From the IMG/VR virus record IMGVR_UViG_2718217787_000003: a stretch of 12,066 bases of DNA; one strand, written 5' to 3'. This document shows positions 6,938-12,066 of this stretch, piece by piece. A model generated the notes under the pieces. The model worked only from the letters and a program-made list of their open reading frames with translations. It was not told where the DNA came from and searched no databases. Every line of letters begins with the position of its first letter. Positions within the stretch are counted from its first letter, which is position 1. Position numbers and translations under genes: made by a program. The stretch comes from a virus (lineage: Duplodnaviria; Heunggongvirae; Uroviricota; Caudoviricetes).

Positions 6938-7495
6938 ATGATGAGTATGGAAATCCGGTCATCGGAAATCACCACCAGCGGCAGCAACACGCTTACGGGC
7001 TACGTTGTTCGCTGGGATAACCTTTCAGAACTGCTATGGGGCGAATTTTACGAAAAATTCCAGCGGGGGGCGTTTACTGAATGGCTTGCGGTGGGTAATG
7101 ACGTTCGCGGCCTGTATGAGCATGACCACAGCATGTTACTGGGGCGCACCCGTTCCGGTACGCTGAGACTGGAAGAGGATGACACAGGGTTACGTTTTGA
7201 ACTGATCCCACCGGATACCAGCACAGGGCGGGACGTTATCGAACTGGTTAAACGTGGTGACATCTCGGGCATGAGCTTTGGCTTTCGTTCCCGTAAGGAT
7301 GTATGGGATACGACAGTCGATCCATGTGTGCGTACTGTACTGATAGCGGAACTGTACGAAATTACCGTGACATCCGTACCGGCTTACCCTGATTCCGGCG
7401 TGGAGCTGGCCCGCCGTTCCCTGTATGAGCAGCACCCTGAAAAAATGCCTCGTGCGGATAATCGCCGCTGGTGGGCGGATTTAGCGGGGGTGTGA
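6938..7495 (+). CDS. Prohead maturation protease, HK97 family, 185 aa
   Basis: SD AGGTGA (6925-6930) before ATG 6938. Sequence (…LTGYVVRWDNLSELLWGEFYEKFQRGAFTEWL…) and position between the capsid and portal genes fit HK97-type prohead proteases. Confidence 0.85.
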   Translation: MMSMEIRSSEITTSGSNTLTGYVVRWDNLSELLWGEFYEKFQRGAFTEWLAVGNDVRGLYEHDHSMLLGRTRSGTLRLEEDDTGLRFELIPPDTSTGRDVIELVKRGDISGMSFGFRSRKDVWDTTVDPCVRTVLIAELYEITVTSVPAYPDSGVELARRSLYEQHPEKMPRADNRRWWADLAGV

Positions 7496-7496
7496 T

Positions 7497-8708
7497 ATGT
7501 GGCCTTTCAGAAGAAAAAAAGAGCAGCGCAGCATGACGCTTGATGAGTTTATGGCGCTGGCTGGCACATCGAACACGGGGGCGGGTGAGTACGTATCATC
7601 GGGGACAGCGGAATCACTGCCCGCCGTCATGAACGCCGTCACGGTCATCTCTGAGGCGGTGGCTACCATGCCGTGTTACCTGTACCTGGTACGCAATGAG
7701 AAGGGGAAGGAGGCCCGAGAGTGGCTTGATTCTCATCCGGTCGATCACATCCTCAACGAGCGCCCGAACGCATGGCAAACCCCCTACCAGTTTAAGCGAA
7801 TGATGATCCGCCACTGCCTGTTAAACGGTAATGCTTATGCGGTGATTCGGTGGGGGCGTGATGGTTTTCCGGTGGCTTTACATCCTTACCCGCCGCAGTC
7901 GGTGAACGTGGAGCAGACAGGTGAGCATAACTGGCGCTACTGCATCACTGACGCCTACACCGGAAACACCCGCAACTATTTACCGTGGGAGGTTCTCCAC
8001 CTTCGTTACTCCACGGATGACGGTTTTATGGGGCGCTCACCTGTAACCATCTGCCGCGAATCGCTGGGGCTTGGGCTGGCCCAACAACGCCACGGCGCGA
8101 GCGTGATGCGTGATGGCATGATGGCGGCAGGGGTTATCACGTCAGGCGAGTGGCTGGACGGCGTGAAGGGTAAACAGGCATTAGCCGCACTGGAACGCTA
8201 CAAAGGGGCCAGAAACGCCGGAAAAACGCCCATCCTTGAAGGGGGTATGAGCTATCAGCAGCTGGGCATGAGTAATCAGGATGCTGAATGGCTGGCCTCC
8301 CGTCGCTTCACCATTGAAGACATCGCCCGAATGTTCAACGTCTCGCCGATTTTTTTGCAGGAATACAGCAACAGCACCTACAGCAATTTCAGCGAGGCAA
8401 GCCGCGCATTTCTCACCATGACGATGCGCCCGTGGCTGGCGAACTTTGAGCAGCAGATAAAAAACGCCCTGCTGGTGGCCTCGCCTGTACCTGGTATCCG
8501 GTATCAGGTGGAGTTTGACAGCGCGGACCTGTTACGGGCCACACCTGGCGAACGCTTTGCCACCTATGAACGCGGCATCAAATCCGGCGTTATGTGCCCG
8601 AACGAAGCCCGCGAACGTGAAGGGCTGTCCCCGCGTGATGGTGGTGATGAGTTCAGCCAGGCATGGAAACAGGAAGTAAAAATCAGCGAGGGAGAAAAAC
8701 CGGAATGA
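7497..8708 (+). CDS. Portal protein, HK97 family, 403 aa
   Basis: ATG at 7497, 1 nt after the protease stop, with SD GGGGGTG upstream. Size and sequence character fit HK97-type portals. An alternative start at ATG 7539 is possible. Confidence 0.85.
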   Translation: MWPFRRKKEQRSMTLDEFMALAGTSNTGAGEYVSSGTAESLPAVMNAVTVISEAVATMPCYLYLVRNEKGKEAREWLDSHPVDHILNERPNAWQTPYQFKRMMIRHCLLNGNAYAVIRWGRDGFPVALHPYPPQSVNVEQTGEHNWRYCITDAYTGNTRNYLPWEVLHLRYSTDDGFMGRSPVTICRESLGLGLAQQRHGASVMRDGMMAAGVITSGEWLDGVKGKQALAALERYKGARNAGKTPILEGGMSYQQLGMSNQDAEWLASRRFTIEDIARMFNVSPIFLQEYSNSTYSNFSEASRAFLTMTMRPWLANFEQQIKNALLVASPVPGIRYQVEFDSADLLRATPGERFATYERGIKSGVMCPNEAREREGLSPRDGGDEFSQAWKQEVKISEGEKPE

Positions 8709-9043
8709 ACATAGGGCGACTGCGTGACAGGATAACGATTCAGACCCTGAAACAGACCAGGGATATAACCGGCGAAATACTCGAAACGTGGGTGGACGGT
8801 CACACACTCTGGGCAAGCGTGAACATGATCAGCAGCAAGGAGGCCATTTCATCGGGTGCAGAACTGGCGACTGGAACGGTAAGGATATGGATACGCTACA
8901 GGAAGGACATCAACGCCACCAGCCGGATAAAGGTCAATACGGGGCCGCTGGCGGGGCGTGTACTGAATATCATCGGGCAGCCGCTGCCGGATGCCGCCAG
9001 GACACGCCTTGAAATTCTTTGTCGTGAGGGCGCGGAAAAATGA
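8705..9043 (+). CDS. Head closure / head-tail joining protein (SPP1 gp16-like), 112 aa
   Basis: ATG at 8705 overlaps the portal stop (ATGA); track ORF 8663..9043 trimmed to this ATG. MNIGRLRDRITIQ...RIWIRYRKDI...LEILCRE matches the head-tail joining family pattern as I recall it. Confidence 0.75.
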   Translation: MNIGRLRDRITIQTLKQTRDITGEILETWVDGHTLWASVNMISSKEAISSGAELATGTVRIWIRYRKDINATSRIKVNTGPLAGRVLNIIGQPLPDAARTRLEILCREGAEK

Positions 9044-9336
9044 CAGAAGAACTTATCACCCTGGAAGAAGTGAAACTCCATTGCCGCATCGATGGCGACG
9101 AGGAAGACCAGTTAATCAGCGGATACATCGCCGCATCGCTTGAGGCGTGCCAGATACACATAGGCAGGCGCTTTGATGACGGGCTGGAGTTCACGCCAGC
9201 CATAAAGATTGGCTGCATGATGTTTATCGCTCACCTGTATGAAAATCGCCAGATTGTCGCGGATAACGCAAAAACACGCGTACCCATGACGATTGGTGCA
9301 CTCTGGACGGCTTACCGTGATGTGGGGGTGTACTGA
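9040..9336 (+). CDS. gp6-like head-tail connector protein, 98 aa
   Basis: ATG at 9040 overlaps the upstream stop (ATGA). N-terminus LITLEEVKLHCRIDGDEEDQLISGYIAAS is typical of gp6-like connector proteins. Confidence 0.75.
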   Translation: MTEELITLEEVKLHCRIDGDEEDQLISGYIAASLEACQIHIGRRFDDGLEFTPAIKIGCMMFIAHLYENRQIVADNAKTRVPMTIGALWTAYRDVGVY

Positions 9337-9776
9337 TGCCGTGGCAACCATTAAGACGATGCACAGAACCAGGCTGTAACAGGCGCGTGAAGTCCGGCAA
9401 GTGTGAGGAGCACAGGCGGGCGGCATGGCGTGCAGAGGATGCCAGACGAGGACACCGCCGCGCGCGTGGGTACTCCAGACAGTGGGACAAATACCGCGCC
9501 ATGTATCTGAGTAAAAACCCGTTATGCGTGCGATGCCTTGAGAAGGGGATATATACGCCCGCCGTGGTGGTGGATCACATTATCCCGATTAATGGCGGTG
9601 ATGATGTTCTCTTCTGGCCCGAATGGAACCATCAGCCATTGTGCCAGGCGTGCCATAACCAGAAAACGAAATGGCTTGATCCGGCAACAAAAAGCAAGCG
9701 TGCCGCAGGTGGATTTCGTGAAGAGGAAGAACGGGCCGCTAACCGCAATAACTGGATGTATGACGCTGATGAATGA
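9336..9776 (+). CDS. HNH endonuclease (packaging-associated), 146 aa
   Basis: ATG at 9336 overlaps the connector stop (TGATG). Cys pairs (CxxC) and an HNH core DHIIPINGGDDVLFWPEWNHQPLCQACHNQKT. Sits directly upstream of the terminase genes, as in HK97-like cos phages. Confidence 0.9.
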   Translation: MPWQPLRRCTEPGCNRRVKSGKCEEHRRAAWRAEDARRGHRRARGYSRQWDKYRAMYLSKNPLCVRCLEKGIYTPAVVVDHIIPINGGDDVLFWPEWNHQPLCQACHNQKTKWLDPATKSKRAAGGFREEEERAANRNNWMYDADE

Positions 9777-9942
9777 GCGGGAACAAAACCGCCTTATCCG
9801 TGGACTTATAAGGCAGCGTGACGCATGGAAGACACAGGAAACAGGGCATAAAGATAAAGCGTCAGGACGCGCAGAACGCATCACAGCGAAGCGATTAACC
9901 GACCGTGACTGCGAGGTTATGGAATGTTTCCGCAATCGCTGA
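9760..9942 (+). CDS. Possible small basic ORF (60 aa) in the HNH-terS gap; doubtful
   Basis: Part of track ORF 9538..9942, most of which overlaps HNH out of frame. Only the part from ATG 9760 (or ATG 9769) is non-overlapping. No convincing SD. Confidence 0.2.
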   Translation: MTLMNEREQNRLIRGLIRQRDAWKTQETGHKDKASGRAERITAKRLTDRDCEVMECFRNR

Positions 9943-10064
9943 TGAGGCTGTATGACGGGGTGGGGGGCGTTTTCAGGACAAACCCGCCCCCGCCGGGCAC
10001 CGAACGCCTCCTCAAATTTTTATGCACGGGAATTTTTTGAAAAATAATCTGACGAAAAATAAAC
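9943..10064. other. Candidate packaging site (cos) region between HNH and terS
   Basis: Non-coding gap with a G-run/C-run imperfect inverted repeat, GGGGGCG (9963-9969) / CGCCCCC (9985-9991), followed by an AT-rich stretch (10015-10062). Location matches where cos lies in HNH-associated cos phages. No direct evidence of cleavage. Confidence 0.3.
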
Positions 10065-10421
10065 ATGGCAAGACCACCGAAAGCCCCCGCCTACCTTGAT
10101 GACATCGCCGTAAAGCAGTGGCGGGAAAAATCGCGCCAGCTTGCGGAACGGGGAGACCTCACCCCCGCCGACTGGAGTAATCTCGAACTGTATTGCGTCA
10201 ACTACTCGATATACAGGAAAGCCGTCGCAGACCTTGCGGCACGCGGGTTCAGCATTGTTAACAGTCAGGGCGGAGAGAGCAGAAACCCCGCATTAAGCGC
10301 GAAATCCGACGCTGAAAGAGTGATGATAAAAATGGCCTCCTTGCTTGGTTTTGACCCGATAAGCCGCCGTAAAAATCCACCGGAAACAGAAGAAGAGGAC
10401 GAGCTTGACCACCTGGAATAA
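10065..10421 (+). CDS. terS: Terminase small subunit, P27-family-like, 118 aa
   Basis: ATG at 10065. Size, charge pattern (acidic C-terminus EEEDELDHLE) and position directly upstream of terL. Sequence (MARPPKAPAYLDD...RNPALSA...MASLLGFDPISRRK) fits P27-type TerS as I recall it. Confidence 0.8.
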   Translation: MARPPKAPAYLDDIAVKQWREKSRQLAERGDLTPADWSNLELYCVNYSIYRKAVADLAARGFSIVNSQGGESRNPALSAKSDAERVMIKMASLLGFDPISRRKNPPETEEEDELDHLE

Positions 10422-12066
10422 GTACGCAGAAGACGTAAAAACGGGCAAAATTCCGGCCTGTAAACGGTTAAAACAGGCCGTTAAACGGTACTTTTCGGAC
10501 CTTAAAAGTCCCCTTTACACGTTCGATAGTGAGGTTGTGGAGCGGTTTATTGCCTTTTCAAGGGTGTGCCCGCACGTAAAAGGGCCGTTGCGTGGCAGAC
10601 CCATTGAGCTGGAGCCGTGGCAGCAGTTCGCCTTTGCGTGCATCCTGGGTTTTAAGGTTAAGGCCACCGGACGGCGCAAATACTCGAGCGCTTTTATCGA
10701 AGTACCGCGAAAAAATGCGAAATCCACGACCGCCGCGATTCTGGCTGACTGGTTTCTGATTATGGAGAACGGGCAGCAGGATATTTACACCGCAGCGGTG
10801 AGCCGTGACCAGGCACGGATCGTGTTTGATGATGCGCGTCAGATGTGCCTTTTATCCCGACCGTTACGCAGGCGGGTGAATATTCAGGCCCACAAGGTGA
10901 TACACCCGAAAACCAACAGCCTGTTAAAGCCGCTGGCAGCAAAAGCGGCAACCATCGAGGGGACAAACCCGAGTCTTGCCATTGTGGACGAATATCACCT
11001 GCACCCCGATAACGGCGTTTATTCCGCGCTTGAGCTGGGGATGGGTGCACGTCCCGAAGGGCTGTTATTTGCCATTACCACATCGGGAAGTAACGTCGTT
11101 TCAGCCTGTAAGCAGCACTATGATTATTGCTGCCAGATCCTGGACGGCGAAGAGGTCAACGAATCGCTTTTTGTGCTGATTTACGAGCTGGACGATGAAA
11201 ACGAGGTTGACGATCCGGCGATGTGGATAAAGGCGAATCCCAATATCGATGTTTCCGTTGATCGTGAAAAACTGGCCTCAACCATCCAGAAAGCGCGGGG
11301 TATTCCGTCGCAGTGGGTGGAGATGATGACAAAGCGGTTTAACATCTGGTGCCAGGGGGCCACCCCGTGGATGGGTAACGGGGCGTGGGCTGAGTGTGCC
11401 GGAACGTTCACGGAGGAGGATTTACACGGCCAGGAATGTTACGCGGGGCTTGATTTGTCATCCACAAGCGACATTTCCAGCGTGTGCTATGCCTTTCCGG
11501 TCGGCAAAAAAATTATGCTGCTTTCCCGTCACTATCTGCCGGAATTTCAGCTACAGAACCCCGCCAACAAGAACCGGGCCATTTATCGCCAGTGGGCTAA
11601 ATCGGGCTGGTTGCGGATAACGCCGGGCGACTGCATTGATTACGACCGGATCCGCGATGACATCATGGAGGACGCGGAAAAATTTGATATCAGGCTGGTG
11701 GGCTTTGATACGTGGAACGCCACGCATCTCAGGACGCAATTACAGGGGGCAGGGTTTGAGGTTGAGCCGTTCCCGCAAACCTATCTGAGATTCAGTCCGG
11801 CGGCGAAATCGTTCGAAGTTTTTGTTAACCGCAGGGTGATAGTCCATCGTGATGATCCGGTGTTGTCGTGGTCGATGAGTAACGTCGTGATGCAGAGTGA
11901 CGCGAACGCCAATATCAAGCCAAACAAGAAAAAATCACCGAACAAGATAGACCCGAGCGTGGCGGCACTGATGGCGTTTGGCACATTCCAGGCAGAGCAT
12001 GAAGATTTTGCTTTTGATATAAGCGACAGCCACCGCGAAAAACTGGAAGAATTTAACGGGGTGTGA
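10405..12066 (+). CDS. terL: Terminase large subunit, 553 aa
   Basis: A 1.66-kb ORF directly after terS. The first in-frame start is TTG at 10405 with SD GAAGAGGA (10391-10398); the next candidates are a GTG about 130 nt downstream and an ATG at codon 120. Overlaps terS by 17 nt. Size and sequence fit HK97-type large terminases (ATPase plus nuclease). Stop TGA at 12064-12066 is the window end. Confidence 0.88.
   Translation: MTTWNKYAEDVKTGKIPACKRLKQAVKRYFSDLKSPLYTFDSEVVERFIAFSRVCPHVKGPLRGRPIELEPWQQFAFACILGFKVKATGRRKYSSAFIEVPRKNAKSTTAAILADWFLIMENGQQDIYTAAVSRDQARIVFDDARQMCLLSRPLRRRVNIQAHKVIHPKTNSLLKPLAAKAATIEGTNPSLAIVDEYHLHPDNGVYSALELGMGARPEGLLFAITTSGSNVVSACKQHYDYCCQILDGEEVNESLFVLIYELDDENEVDDPAMWIKANPNIDVSVDREKLASTIQKARGIPSQWVEMMTKRFNIWCQGATPWMGNGAWAECAGTFTEEDLHGQECYAGLDLSSTSDISSVCYAFPVGKKIMLLSRHYLPEFQLQNPANKNRAIYRQWAKSGWLRITPGDCIDYDRIRDDIMEDAEKFDIRLVGFDTWNATHLRTQLQGAGFEVEPFPQTYLRFSPAAKSFEVFVNRRVIVHRDDPVLSWSMSNVVMQSDANANIKPNKKKSPNKIDPSVAALMAFGTFQAEHEDFAFDISDSHREKLEEFNGV

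Noticed and set aside
8788-9012. 74-aa + strand ORF (Gly/His/Gln-rich) overlapping the head closure gene in another frame
   Set aside because: An out-of-frame overlap with a well-supported gene and a low-complexity translation.
9522-9942. Overlapping ORFs 9522..9935 (-) and 9538..9942 (+) across the HNH gene
   Set aside because: Both overlap the HNH coding region out of frame. Only the short non-overlapping + strand tail (9760-9942) is kept, as a low-confidence candidate.
1-12066. tRNA genes, integrase, tail or lysis genes
   Set aside because: Nothing in the window resembles a tRNA, a tyrosine or serine recombinase, or tail and lysis proteins. Their absence is noted but cannot be extended beyond the window edges.

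Overview
The window reads as one tightly packed mobile-element segment, almost entirely on the + strand, with the architecture of a capsid-forming phage satellite (cf-PICI-like) from an enterobacterial host. All calls rest on reading the supplied ORF translations and the DNA by eye; no searches were run. Left to right: (1) a leftward Arc/Mnt-like RHH regulator gene (58-363, -) facing a rightward operon across a 205-bp region with repeated GTGAATACC/GGTATTCAC motifs; (2) five small, translationally coupled ORFs (569-1678) of unknown function; (3) a 710-aa replication initiator with a Walker A P-loop (1675-3807); (4) an iteron-type origin (3830-4145) with 11 copies of TAACCCGCA in both orientations plus AT-rich tracts; (5) two unknown ORFs, a compact SSB ending in DDIPF, and a possible PerC-like regulator (4180-5438); (6) a terminator and a 257-bp leader; (7) an HK97-type head and packaging module in non-phage order: major capsid, prohead protease, portal, head closure, gp6-like connector, HNH endonuclease, a G/C-rich gap (candidate cos), TerS (P27-like) and TerL. 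No tail, lysis or integrase genes, tRNAs or CRISPR arrays are visible, but the window ends exactly at the terL stop, so downstream content is unknown.
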